64,000 nt of DNA from Candidatus Parcubacteria bacterium. GTDB taxonomy: Bacteria; Patescibacteriota; Minisyncoccia; Phycocordibacterales; JAKFXT01. This document shows, in pieces, positions 47,126-56,355 of the stretch. Within the stretch, counting starts at the first letter, position 1. The number at the start of each line of letters is the position of its first letter. The translations under genes were made by a program, and so were the position numbers. The notes beneath the pieces were generated by a model, which was not told the DNA's origin, ran no database searches, and saw only the letters and a list, made by a program, of their open reading frames with translations. The stretch spans positions 36,250 to 100,249 of the forward strand of contig JAIOOV010000004.1 in assembly GCA_021414235.1 (NCBI GenBank). The letters are read 5' to 3'.

Positions 47126-47639
47126 TCTTCTTCCTGAAAAAGAAAAGAGCGCAGTGTCCACTGATTATATCCTCCGTCTCGCGACGGCCGGTTTCCTTGG
47201 ATTAGGTGCCGTAGCTTTTGCGGGCATACTCCTCCTTCTTCCTGCATACGGATACCTCTCTGCTCGCGCAGAGATCGCTGCGACCACTTCTCCTTCCTTA
47301 CTTGTTGAGAAGATCCTCGGCGAGGAGGCGGCACTCCGTCTCACTAAGGAGATGCTCTCGCTCGTTCCGCCAGAGGGTGGAAACCTCTCTCCGAGTAATG
47401 TGCTCTTACGCTTGCGTGCGTCGGTAGCTTCTACTCAGGGTATCAATCTGACCTTCATTGGCTATCAGGCTGCTGGAGGTGTTTCTGTTCGGGGAGTCGC
47501 GCAGACACGGGATGCTCTCATTGCCTTCGGCAAAGTGCTCAAGGCTGATCCCGTGCTTTCCGACATCTCCATACCTGTCGAACTTCTGGCTAAGAGTCGG
47601 GATATTACTTTCGAGCTCCGTGGCACGATAAAATACTGA
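47118..47639 (+). CDS. PilN-like protein
   Basis: N-terminal NLLP motif, TM, VRGVAQTRDALIAF; follows pilM. Confidence 0.7.
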   Translation: MHNLLPEKEKSAVSTDYILRLATAGFLGLGAVAFAGILLLLPAYGYLSARAEIAATTSPSLLVEKILGEEAALRLTKEMLSLVPPEGGNLSPSNVLLRLRASVASTQGINLTFIGYQAAGGVSVRGVAQTRDALIAFGKVLKADPVLSDISIPVELLAKSRDITFELRGTIKY

Positions 47640-47640
47640 T

Positions 47641-48183
47641 ATGAAGCGAACCTCATTCATATGCATCGGGGCCCTGCTCTTCGCTCTCGCGACTTCCTTT
47701 GGGTATCTGTGGACCTATCAACGCCTCGATCTAATGCGCTCCGGGGTCTTTCTTCGTGAGAGTGCGGCGAGTGAACAGAAGCTTCAAGAATCTCGAGGTG
47801 GTGGTGTGCGTCAGCTCTTTGCCTCTACGATGCTCGAACGCGCCACTCTTGAGCAGTATTTTGTGCACCAAGATGAAGTCGCGGGGATCGTAAGTCGTCT
47901 GGAGAAGCTCGGTGCCGAGAGCGGAGTAGTAGCTGAAGTGAGTGGTATCGGAATCGAAGGGGGAAGCTCTTCTAAGCTCGAGGGCGGCGTGCGTTCTGTA
48001 GATATTACCCTTCAAGGTGTCGGCACACGTGCTGCTGCTGAGGATTTCCTGAGACGTCTTGAACTCTTCCCGCAGGTACTCTCTGTAAAGGAGGTGAGTC
48101 TGGAGAAATTGGTGAACCTCGAAACCAGGGGAGAGAAGTGGAGGCTTGCGGCAAGCCTCCGTATTGGAGTCATTCATCAATGA
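47641..48183 (+). CDS. PilO-like protein
   Basis: TM, coiled segment, FLRRLELFP motif; third in operon. Confidence 0.6.
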   Translation: MKRTSFICIGALLFALATSFGYLWTYQRLDLMRSGVFLRESAASEQKLQESRGGGVRQLFASTMLERATLEQYFVHQDEVAGIVSRLEKLGAESGVVAEVSGIGIEGGSSSKLEGGVRSVDITLQGVGTRAAAEDFLRRLELFPQVLSVKEVSLEKLVNLETRGEKWRLAASLRIGVIHQ

Positions 48184-48437
48184 ATATGAGATTCTCATCA
48201 ACAGAACTCTTTGCTTCCATCAATCCGTACCGTGATTGGTTTCTGGTTCTTATGTTTCTAATCCTCGCCGCTGTCGGCGTTGCGGTCTTGGATGCTCGGT
48301 TCTTCTTGAGTGCCACCAGAGACGGAGGTGGTGACAGCAAGCAGTTCTCAAGTGTTGAGTTCGATAAGAAGGAGCTCGTTCGTGCCACCACTATGCTTCA
48401 AGAGAAAGAGCAGCGGTTCAACGCGTTGAGGAGGTAG
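48180..48437 (+). CDS. Small single-TM protein ending the pilMNO-like operon
   Basis: INPYRDW + TM; ATGA overlap. Confidence 0.65.
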   Translation: MNMRFSSTELFASINPYRDWFLVLMFLILAAVGVAVLDARFFLSATRDGGGDSKQFSSVEFDKKELVRATTMLQEKEQRFNALRR

Positions 48438-48509
48438 GCTTGGTGAGGTAAGATGCGCTAACTGCCATAGGAAGAAACCCTATGTTCAGTTGAAAGGAGG
48501 AAGGTAAGA

Positions 48510-48581
48510 CTCCCCGTAGTTCAATGGATAGAACAGGAGACTTCTAAGCTCTTAATGGGGGTTCGATTCCCTCCGGGGGGA
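48510..48581 (+). tRNA. tRNA-Arg(UCU)
   Basis: Cloverleaf; loop CT-TCT-AA; A31-G39 mismatch in anticodon stem. Confidence 0.88.
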
Positions 48582-48628
48582 GAGACGAGTATTTACATGG
48601 GTGTGCGGGTATGCGAATGTGGTGTGAC

Positions 48629-48701
48629 GGGCGGTTAGCTCAGTTGGTAGAGCAACTCATTTACACTGAGAAGGTCGGGGGTTCAAGTCCCTCACCGCCC
48701 A
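48629..48701 (+). tRNA. tRNA-Val(UAC)
   Basis: GGGCGGT/ACCGCCC acceptor; loop TT-TAC-AC. Confidence 0.95.
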
Positions 48702-48756
48702 CATTTCCGATTCCTTCAGGTTCTGGTACCCTCTATAGTGGGTTATAGGGGAGGTT

Positions 48757-49302
48757 GTGATGACGAGACTCCACGCTGCACCGATGTCCGATGGTCCGCA
48801 GTCAGACCCTATCGGAGCTTTGGAAGATATGGCGAACAGGGAGAATTGGAGTTATTACTTCTCTCCCTCTTTGTTCGCTTCGGATGGAAGAAGTATAACC
48901 ATCGCTCTTCTGGGTCGTTACGGCGATCTGGAGTTTTCCTACGAATGGAACGAGGAAGCGCGCCTGCTCGGTGTCTCCTGCTGTATCGACCCTCGAATTC
49001 CTTGGGAAAGGAGAAAGCAAGTAAGGTCGTTTCTAGATCGTGTCGAGAAAGTTCGTACGTCCATGAAGCGCTCAGGGTCGTTCGATATGAGGGACGACTT
49101 CCTTTGGTTCTGGGAACATCTTTCGCGGGACGAGTCTCCTAAGTCCCCGACTTGGGAGATCCTGATCGCGGAGTCCTTGGCCGACGCTCTCGAGCACTGC
49201 AACGCCTTGATGCCTCTCTTCCTTAAGACGGCTTGGGGGAGCGGCGACTTCAACCAAAAGATCATTCGCTTAGTTCTTGAGGAGGTGAAGGGAACAGCTT
49301 AA
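48757..49302 (+). CDS. Divergent YbjN-like (T3SS-chaperone fold) protein
   Basis: DPIGALEDMANRENW...ITIALLGRYGDLEFSYEWNEEARLLGVSCCIDPRIP...ALEHCNAL...EEVKGTA follows the alphaproteobacterial YbjN pattern; SD GGAGGT 48750-48755. Confidence 0.6.
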   Translation: MMTRLHAAPMSDGPQSDPIGALEDMANRENWSYYFSPSLFASDGRSITIALLGRYGDLEFSYEWNEEARLLGVSCCIDPRIPWERRKQVRSFLDRVEKVRTSMKRSGSFDMRDDFLWFWEHLSRDESPKSPTWEILIAESLADALEHCNALMPLFLKTAWGSGDFNQKIIRLVLEEVKGTA

Positions 49303-49374
49303 TTCACACGGCGGGCCATCTTCTGGGGCCCGCCGTCATTGCTTTTAAACCCTTCTTCTCGCATCATATCCGCT

Positions 49375-50067
49375 ATGTCTCAAGAAGAAGCTGTAATCCC
49401 GAAGTGTGTAGGTATCATCATGGATGGCAATCGTCGTTGGGCCAAGGAGCAGGGGCTACCGACTCTCGAAGGTCATCGTGCTGGCTACCAGAAGCTCAAG
49501 GATTTCTTGAAATGGAATGACGAGCTCGGGGTGAAGTGCGTGATGGTCTATGCCTTCTCTTCGGAGAACTGGAAGCGCGATCCTAGTGAGGTTTCCTACC
49601 TCATGGATCTCTTCCGGGAAGCACTGCGCAGTGTGGAGGAACTTAATGAGAGGGGTTCATTTCGAATTCTTGGCGACACCTCTCGCTTACCGGAGGATAT
49701 CCAGGACATGGTCAAAGAGGTAGAAGCGCGTACGGCCGGGAAAGAAGGTCTCACGCTCGCTCTCGCCATCTCCTATGGCGGTCGCGATGAAATACTTCGT
49801 GCAGTGAAGAGTATGGTCGAAGAAAAAATCTCAGAAGAGGGGGTGACCGAAGAATCCTTTGCTGCGCATCTCTCCACTCACGGCTTGCCGGATCCGGACA
49901 TGATCATCCGTACGAGCGGGGAACAGCGTCTCTCCGGCTTCCTCCCATGGCAGTCTGTGTATAGCGAATTCTTCTTCCCAAAAACACATTGGCCCGCGCT
50001 TACTAAAGAGGAATTTCTTGAAATGATAGAAACATATGGCAAAAGACATCGCCGCTTCGGCGCCTGA
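49375..50067 (+). CDS. uppS: Undecaprenyl diphosphate synthase
   Basis: IIMDGNRRWA, YAFSSENWKR, SYGGRDEI, IRTSGEQRLSGFLPWQ. Confidence 0.97.
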   Translation: MSQEEAVIPKCVGIIMDGNRRWAKEQGLPTLEGHRAGYQKLKDFLKWNDELGVKCVMVYAFSSENWKRDPSEVSYLMDLFREALRSVEELNERGSFRILGDTSRLPEDIQDMVKEVEARTAGKEGLTLALAISYGGRDEILRAVKSMVEEKISEEGVTEESFAAHLSTHGLPDPDMIIRTSGEQRLSGFLPWQSVYSEFFFPKTHWPALTKEEFLEMIETYGKRHRRFGA

Positions 50068-50773
50068 TATACCGGTAGTCTATGAAGACGAAGATGTGGT
50101 GGTGATAAATAAGCCGGCAGGGCTTCTGGTGCATCCTGATGGTAAATCCACAGAGCCTACAGTGTGCGACTGGGTGCTTGCTCACTATCCTCAGATGGCA
50201 GGCGTTGGGGAGCCGCTCGTGCTTTCTTCGGGTGTCGTGATCGATCGTCCGGGCATCGTGCATCGCATCGATCGGGAGACGTCTGGAGCTCTCGTCATTG
50301 CCAAGAATGAGAAGACTTTTAATTCGCTCAAGCAGCAGTTCAAGGACCACGTGGTGGAGAAGCGCTACCGCGCCTTCGTCTATGGAAAGGTGATGCGCGC
50401 TTTTGGCACAATCGACCGGGCATTAGGGCGCAGCAAGAAGGATTTCCGACAGTATACTGATCCACTCCATGCTCGTGGCGAGATGCGCCCGGCGCTGACC
50501 CACTTCGCCCTCCTTAAGGCGGGGGAGAAGTTCTCATATCTCGAAGCCTCTCCTAAGACCGGGCGTACCCATCAGATCAGGGTCCACCTCAAGTCCATCC
50601 AGCACCCCATCGTCTGCGACCGAGTATACGCGGGGGATCGTCCTTGTGAGCTCGGCTTCGGCAGGCTAGCCCTCCATGCTCATACGGTCGCTTTTACCCT
50701 CCCGGGAGGTCGCAGGGTTTCTGCGGAGGCCCCTCTCCCTGAGGACTTCCTTAGGGCCGAGAAACTCATCTAG
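50036..50773 (+). CDS. RluA family pseudouridine synthase
   Basis: INKPAGLLVH, HRIDRETSG, TGRTHQIRVH, LALHA. Confidence 0.95.
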   Translation: MAKDIAASAPDIPVVYEDEDVVVINKPAGLLVHPDGKSTEPTVCDWVLAHYPQMAGVGEPLVLSSGVVIDRPGIVHRIDRETSGALVIAKNEKTFNSLKQQFKDHVVEKRYRAFVYGKVMRAFGTIDRALGRSKKDFRQYTDPLHARGEMRPALTHFALLKAGEKFSYLEASPKTGRTHQIRVHLKSIQHPIVCDRVYAGDRPCELGFGRLALHAHTVAFTLPGGRRVSAEAPLPEDFLRAEKLI

Positions 50774-50815
50774 ATCCTGTTGCAGGGCCGCTCCCTGTGT
50801 GTTAGAGTCTCCCGC

Positions 50816-51223
50816 ATGACCAGACTCGGAGTCACTCCGGTAGCCATTGAAGAGCGCAAGAAGCTCGACCTTCGTTCGGGCGATACTGTGCGCGTGTGGC
50901 AGAAGATCGTGGAAGGCGGCAAGACCCGCCTCCAGGCCTTTGAAGGCCTCATCCTCGCCGTGAAGCATGGCGAGGAGATCGGCGGCACCTTCACTGTGCG
51001 CAAGGTAGCGAGCGGTGTTGGCGTGGAGAAGATCTTCCCGCTCTATTCTCCGCTCATCGATCGCGTGGAGGTGGTGCGCCGCGCTAAAGTGCGTAGGGCT
51101 AAGCTCTACTACATCCGCGACAAGGCTTCCCGCGAGATTCGCCGCCAGATGCGCAACGAGCGCACGGTGAAGGCCGTTCCGGTAGCTAAGGCGGAGAAGG
51201 AAGAAGCGTCTGAAGAGAAGTAG
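50816..51223 (+). CDS. rplS: 50S ribosomal protein L19
   Basis: [36 protein letters not shown]. Confidence 0.97.
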   Translation: MTRLGVTPVAIEERKKLDLRSGDTVRVWQKIVEGGKTRLQAFEGLILAVKHGEEIGGTFTVRKVASGVGVEKIFPLYSPLIDRVEVVRRAKVRRAKLYYIRDKASREIRRQMRNERTVKAVPVAKAEKEEASEEK

Positions 51224-51294
51224 GAAAGAAAAGAGCCCTCGAGGGCTCTTTTAAAAATAGAGAACTGTATTATAGTAGGACGGTTCTCGCATCT

Positions 51295-51379
51295 GCCCAG
51301 GTGGTGTAATTGGTAAACACGTACGCTTGAGGTGCGTATGCCGAAAGGCGTGGAGGTTCAAGTCCTCTCCTGGGCACCA
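51295..51379 (+). tRNA. tRNA-Leu(GAG)
   Basis: Loop TT-GAG-GT, long variable arm, encoded CCA, followed by terminator AAAGCCGGC-gaaa-GCCGGCTTT. Confidence 0.95.
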
Positions 51380-51460
51380 GTAAAGCCGGCGAAAGCCGGC
51401 TTTTGCGTGCCTGGGTTCTTTCCTCTTTACGTATTTTCATAACCCTGTAATCTCCTCTGT

Positions 51461-52018
51461 ATGATCATCGGCATCACCGGCACTATCGGAGCAGGCAAGG
51501 GTACCGTTGTCGATTATCTGGTTAAGGAAAGGGGCTTCAAACATCATTCTGCTCGAGCCATGATTCTTCGGGAGATAGAGCGCCGCGGGCTCCCAAGGGA
51601 CCGCGATAGCATGAGACTTGTTGCTAATGAACTGCGCCAGAGTGGCGGGCCTTCTGCCGTGGCCGAAGCCCTCTTGAAGGAGGCAGAAGAAGACGGAGGC
51701 GATGCCATCATTGAATCTTTACGAGCGATCGGTGAAGCGGAGTTCCTGAAGCCTCGAGGAGTGAAGATTCTGGCGGTGGACGCTGATCGTCCTGTTCGTT
51801 ACGAACGAGTAGTGCTTCGGGGTTCCGAGACAGATCATATTTCTTTTGAAGAATTCTGCGTGCAAGAAGATCGGGAGATGGCTTCGACGGAGCCGTGGGA
51901 CATGAATATCTTTGGAGTCATGGAGCGCTCTGACGTGACAATTCTCAATAATGGCACTCCGGAAGAACTTTTTATCCAAGTGGACAAGATGCTTGCTGAG
52001 CTCGGCTATTCTAAATAA
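51461..52018 (+). CDS. P-loop nucleotide kinase (dephospho-CoA-kinase-like)
   Basis: IIGITGTIGAGKGT, IIESLR, RYER, ILNNGT. Confidence 0.85.
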   Translation: MIIGITGTIGAGKGTVVDYLVKERGFKHHSARAMILREIERRGLPRDRDSMRLVANELRQSGGPSAVAEALLKEAEEDGGDAIIESLRAIGEAEFLKPRGVKILAVDADRPVRYERVVLRGSETDHISFEEFCVQEDREMASTEPWDMNIFGVMERSDVTILNNGTPEELFIQVDKMLAELGYSK

Positions 52019-52029
52019 AAATTTTTATC

Positions 52030-52581
52030 ATGCTCTATACCGGGAAAGGGGATAAAGGGGATACGGGGTTTTTCGCCTCAAGTCAGCGGATCTCCAAGAG
52101 TTCGGCTATTGCGGAGTCCCTCGGCTCACTTGATGAAGTAAATTCCTTTTTGGGTTTCGCTAAGCTCAAGAGTAGGGAAGCAGGCTTCGCCCTCTCCTCC
52201 GGGACGCTCTTTGAGGACGTCGCTCACGATCTCCAGCAGAGCCTCTTCATCGTGCAGGCCGAGATCGCGGGTACTCCCATGTCGGTGCCGGAAGCCAAGG
52301 TGCGCCAGTTGGAAGCGTGGATCGGGGAGATTGAGAAAGAGCTGCCCCCTATCCGCACCTTCTTCATCTCTGGCGGAACGGAGCTCTCTTCTCTTTTCGA
52401 CTTTGCGCGTACGCTTGCCCGTCGGGCCGAGCGTCGCGCGGTAGAGGTGAAGGAGTCCGGCAAGGAGCTCGGGGAATGGACGCTCGCCTTCCTCAATCGG
52501 CTTTCAAGCATGCTCTATGCGCTCGCTCGACTTTCGAATCATAAATCTGGTATAACGGAGCAGCCTCCGACGTACCGGTAG
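52030..52581 (+). CDS. PduO-type cob(I)alamin adenosyltransferase
   Basis: YTGKGDKGDT, GSLDEVNS, RTLARRAERR, FLNRLSS. Confidence 0.92.
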   Translation: MLYTGKGDKGDTGFFASSQRISKSSAIAESLGSLDEVNSFLGFAKLKSREAGFALSSGTLFEDVAHDLQQSLFIVQAEIAGTPMSVPEAKVRQLEAWIGEIEKELPPIRTFFISGGTELSSLFDFARTLARRAERRAVEVKESGKELGEWTLAFLNRLSSMLYALARLSNHKSGITEQPPTYR

Positions 52582-52594
52582 GCTTCGGCAACAT

Positions 52595-52667
52595 GGTGCC
52601 TATGGTGTAACGGTTAACACTAGAGCTTGTGGAGCTCTCAATCAGGGTTCGATTCCCTGTAGGCACC
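52595..52667 (+). tRNA. tRNA-His(GUG)
   Basis: G-1/C73, GTGCCTA/TAGGCAC acceptor, loop TT-GTG-GA. Confidence 0.95.
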
Positions 52668-52736
52668 CATAAATACAAAAAGACCCTTTCTGGGGGTCTT
52701 TTTGTATTTGAAACGACCCTCTCCTGAGAGCGTCCC

Positions 52737-53687
52737 TTACGAGGCACACTGATACGGAGTGTTTTCTGTTGTTCCGAAAATTATGTGCAAATGAGGTGGG
52801 TTGGTCTCTTGTACGAAGGTGTCGTTTCCGATACGGTAGGTCACTTCTCCATTAGAGGGGTTCCGAACAGGGTTTCGGTCTTGTGCACGGAGGTAAGAGG
52901 TGATGTCCGCATCGGTAGAGCTGATATCTATCATCGGGCGGCCTGCTCCGTGCGTGCGGTGACCATCTTCTGTTCCGCCAGTGACGGTGATGGTGCAGTT
53001 CAGACAGTTATCCTTGAACCGTATGAGTCCTTCCACTGCTTGCCGAGGTAGGCCAGCGACATCGGTGCAGCCTCCGGATACGCTTTGGAAGCTTCTGCCG
53101 CCGCAGGAACTTTTGTTGACGTTTATGCCTGCGTCAGAAAGCGCTTCTCTGGTGCAGCGTTCCTGTGCTGTACTTGTGGTGGGAGGAGGGGTTGTTCCTG
53201 GCGGGGTAGTAGAAGGGGGTAAAGTAATGCACTGCACTTCGTTCCATGGGCCATACTGCCGAGCCTCCGGACTGAGCACTGTCTTCAATACGGTATCGAT
53301 GACAACATAGGCGCAGAGCATGATGGCCGCACCGATGATTACATTCCAGAGTATCTCCTTGGCTTTTGTCATTGCGCTTGGATCTCCTCCTGCCATCATC
53401 AGCTTGGCTCCTGCGTATACGAAGAGGAGCACGGCGACGACTGTCGCGAGATAGAACATGAAGGAGATCACGTTGTTCACGGCTTTGACCACGTGACAAA
53501 GCTGGCAAGAGAAACCGTCACAGCCGATATTTTCCTCACCCACCAGTCCTTTGGTGATATCGAAATTGTTGGTCCCCGTCTGCGCTGCTGCTTCCGGCAG
53601 AGGCACGAGGTAGGAGAGGGAGACGAGGGCAAAGAAGGCGAGTCCTGCGAGGAAGTGAGGGAGCTTGCCGGAGATGTTCTTGTTCAT
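52737..53687 (-). CDS. TrbC/VirB2-like pilin fused to M15-like Zn peptidase domain
   Basis: YAGAKLMMAGGDPSAMTKAKEILWNVIIG pilin core; P/T linker; ITVTGGTEDGHRTH...IDIS...PPHLHI. Confidence 0.7.
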   Translation of the reverse strand: MNKNISGKLPHFLAGLAFFALVSLSYLVPLPEAAAQTGTNNFDITKGLVGEENIGCDGFSCQLCHVVKAVNNVISFMFYLATVVAVLLFVYAGAKLMMAGGDPSAMTKAKEILWNVIIGAAIMLCAYVVIDTVLKTVLSPEARQYGPWNEVQCITLPPSTTPPGTTPPPTTSTAQERCTREALSDAGINVNKSSCGGRSFQSVSGGCTDVAGLPRQAVEGLIRFKDNCLNCTITVTGGTEDGHRTHGAGRPMIDISSTDADITSYLRAQDRNPVRNPSNGEVTYRIGNDTFVQETNPPHLHIIFGTTENTPYQCAS

Positions 53688-53827
53688 CCTCGTATTCTAA
53701 GGGTGAATGCCTGAAAACGAAACTCGTAGCCTGCTTCAGTAATGAAGGGTGGATGGTAAAGTATGTGAATTCTTGTGGAGAATAAGTAGGGTAAGCGAAG
53801 AAGGCTTTAATCGTCATTACCGTCATC

Positions 53828-54493
53828 ATGAGTACGGGAAAAGCAGATTCAGGATCCCCGAACTGGGTATTTATAGGTATCGGCGCCCTCGCGCTCCTTA
53901 CGGTACTTATAGGATTCACCCTCTGGCCGGCGGAGCGCGGAGGCCCAGGGCCGTTCGGCTCTGCACCCGTGGCCTGCACTATGGAGGCTAAGCTATGCCC
54001 CGACGGTTCTTCCGTAGGTAGGACAGGCCCGGACTGCGAATTCGCAGTGTGTCCGGGCACACAGACTCCTTCCGGGTGGAATACTTTTCGCGACGATTTT
54101 CGAGGTATCTCTTTCCGGTATCCGGCTCAGCTCGGCACGACCTATATATCGGCTACTGATTGGCCGCCGGCGGTTGCCATTACCAGCGCACCTTTCTCGT
54201 GTATCGAGGCGGGGAGCGAGGGAGCGCGTGCGGGTATCACCGAACGACGTTTCGTAGACTCCCGCGAATACTGTGTGACCCGGGTGACCGAGGGGGCTGC
54301 AGGTAGCATCTATACTCAATATACCTACGCATCTCCCAGAAGAGCCGGAGCGGCGACCTTCACCTTTACTACGCGAGCTACCCAGTGTGCCAACTATGAC
54401 GAACCGCACAAGAGTGCGTGCACAGCCGAAAGGCAGTCTTTCGATATGGATGGGGTGGTGGATAGGATGGCGCAGAGCCTCTCCCTAGAATAG
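53828..54493 (+). CDS. Membrane-anchored protein with Cys-rich CTMEAKLCPDGS module
   Basis: TM then ACTMEAKLCPDGSSVGRTGPDCEFAVCP, a module common in CPR surface proteins. Confidence 0.8.
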   Translation: MSTGKADSGSPNWVFIGIGALALLTVLIGFTLWPAERGGPGPFGSAPVACTMEAKLCPDGSSVGRTGPDCEFAVCPGTQTPSGWNTFRDDFRGISFRYPAQLGTTYISATDWPPAVAITSAPFSCIEAGSEGARAGITERRFVDSREYCVTRVTEGAAGSIYTQYTYASPRRAGAATFTFTTRATQCANYDEPHKSACTAERQSFDMDGVVDRMAQSLSLE

Positions 54494-54535
54494 CTGCTCC
54501 TCATCGGATATGATGTGGTCCATAACCTATCCGGC

Positions 54536-54766
54536 ATGACCAAACTCAAGGACGAACTGAGGGAAAAGACACTCGGCTACATCATCACTGCGCTCGGTCT
54601 CGTGGCGGGCCTGGCTTGGAACGAGGCTATCAAGAGCTTCATCGAGTACGTGTTTCCGCTAGGGAACAACACTCTGCTGCTTAAGTTTATCTATGCGATC
54701 GTTGTTACGGTAGCTATAGTCATCTTCGCTACGAACCTGAATCGTTTCTTTGGAAAGACTGAATAG
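54536..54766 (+). CDS. Small membrane protein (DUF5654-like)
   Basis: ITALGLVAGLAWNEAIK, FIYAIVVT. Confidence 0.85.
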   Translation: MTKLKDELREKTLGYIITALGLVAGLAWNEAIKSFIEYVFPLGNNTLLLKFIYAIVVTVAIVIFATNLNRFFGKTE

Positions 54767-54767
54767 T

Positions 54768-55751
54768 ATGGATCGTATCTTCTTTTTTCCGATACTCATC
54801 GCGCTGGTTACTCTGGCCGCGGTCTATCTCTGGGGAGGGCTCCAGGCCCTCATCCTCGCGGCCATCCTCTCGGTGCTCGAGGTCACGCTCTCTTTTGATA
54901 ACGCGGTGGTGAACGCTAAGGTGCTGAAGAAAATGGACGAGACCTGGCAGCGTCGCTTCCTCACCTGGGGCATCCTCATCGCCGTCTTTGGCACGCGCCT
55001 CGTCCTCCCCATACTCATCGTGAGCGCGGTGGTGTGGCTCTCTCCTTTGGCGGTGCTCGGGCTCGTGCTCTACGACTCCGCGCACTATGCAGAGCTCTTG
55101 GAGCAGGTGCATCCGGCGATCAGCTCCTTCGGCGGAGCTTTTCTCCTCATGGTGGCGCTCAAGTACTTCTTCGATGAGGCCAAGGAGATTCACTGGATCA
55201 GGATGATAGAGAAGCGTCTTGCGGGGTGGGGGAGGATTGAGGCTGTGGAGATAGCGCTTGCGCTCGTTATTCTGGTGACCCTTGCTTCTGTCTCTACTGT
55301 ACCTGCGGTGATCCTCTCTGCGGGCATTATCGGTATCGTCCTCTTTATCTTAGTAGAGGGTCTCGCTAATTCCCTCGGCTCAGGTTCTTCCTTGGTCGCG
55401 GGGACAGGTCTCTCCCTTTTCCTTTACCTCAATGTTCTGGACTCTGCTTTCTCTCTCGACGGAGTCATCGGCGCTTTCGCGCTCACTGTGCAGCTTCCCA
55501 TCATCGTAGCAGGCCTCGGTATCGGCGCTTATTTCGTGCGCAGCATGACGGTCTACTTAGTGCGCAACAAGACACTCGACAATCTGATCTATCTCGAGCA
55601 CGGCGCACACTGGGCCATCCTCGGCCTTGCTCTCTCTATGTTTGCGGGGCTCCTTATTCATGTGCCGGAGATCATCATCGGATCCATCGGCCTCTTCTTC
55701 GTGCTTCTTGCGTACGTATCGTCTCGGAGAGAAAGGGCGCAGGCGTCTTGA
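54768..55751 (+). CDS. DUF475/TerC-like membrane protein
   Basis: LEVTLSFDNAVVNA, LDSAFSLDGVIGAFA, YLEHGAHWAI. Confidence 0.92.
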   Translation: MDRIFFFPILIALVTLAAVYLWGGLQALILAAILSVLEVTLSFDNAVVNAKVLKKMDETWQRRFLTWGILIAVFGTRLVLPILIVSAVVWLSPLAVLGLVLYDSAHYAELLEQVHPAISSFGGAFLLMVALKYFFDEAKEIHWIRMIEKRLAGWGRIEAVEIALALVILVTLASVSTVPAVILSAGIIGIVLFILVEGLANSLGSGSSLVAGTGLSLFLYLNVLDSAFSLDGVIGAFALTVQLPIIVAGLGIGAYFVRSMTVYLVRNKTLDNLIYLEHGAHWAILGLALSMFAGLLIHVPEIIIGSIGLFFVLLAYVSSRRERAQAS

Positions 55752-55776
55752 CAAAATACTACTTTTGATACATAAT
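55748..55776 (+). promoter_or_regulatory. Near-consensus sigma70 promoter
   Basis: TTGACA 55748-55753 (overlapping upstream TGA stop), 17 nt, CATAAT 55771-55776. Confidence 0.65.
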
Positions 55777-55806
55777 TCACATTGAATCCCTCACACAAGG
55801 TGCGGC

Positions 55807-56268
55807 ATGTACAATAAAATCTCGGTTCCCCCGGGGTATCTCAGCCCCTTTCTCCAGGCGGTTCGGTCCCGTCTCTACCAGCTCTCTGAGAAGGACTTCG
55901 ACCCGATCTGGCTTTCTATGGAGCTCAGTGCTCTGGGAATCTCGGAAAGCGTCGTGCTTCTGAGGCGCGACTCCTGGGGGCGGCTTGAATTTCGTTTCGC
56001 AGGACACTCTCTGGTTGATCGCTTCCCTGAGCTTTCTTGTCGGCATCTCCCTCTGATTGATCTCGACAGGACGGCTTTCGTCAAATGGGTTAGCGACTAC
56101 GCTGCGGTCGCCGCCCTCGGCATGACGATCCATGGCGAAGGATGGTTCTCTCTTTACGGCAAGGACGCGCGCCTCCAAGGCTTCTTTCTACCGGCGGGGC
56201 TCGTTTCCGGAGGTGTTGCGGATAGGGTCCTTGGGGTCATCGATTACCCAGACGGCCCGCCTACCTGA
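55807..56268 (+). CDS. Divergent stand-alone PAS_5-like domain protein
   Basis: KDFDP...VVLLRR...LEFRFAGHSLVDRF...YAAV...FFLP...ADRVLGVIDY matches the PAS_5 pattern. Confidence 0.55.
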   Translation: MYNKISVPPGYLSPFLQAVRSRLYQLSEKDFDPIWLSMELSALGISESVVLLRRDSWGRLEFRFAGHSLVDRFPELSCRHLPLIDLDRTAFVKWVSDYAAVAALGMTIHGEGWFSLYGKDARLQGFFLPAGLVSGGVADRVLGVIDYPDGPPT

Positions 56269-56355
56269 TGCGTTTTGTAGTACCTTTTCGACGGTCTCGG
56301 CTTTGCCGAGACCGTTTCTCATATTTATTCCTGCTATACTTTATTCACGCAACTC

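Noticed and set aside
48510-48581. A31-G39 mismatch suggesting a pseudo-tRNA-Arg(UCU)
   Set aside because: The rest of the cloverleaf is canonical; one mismatch is insufficient evidence
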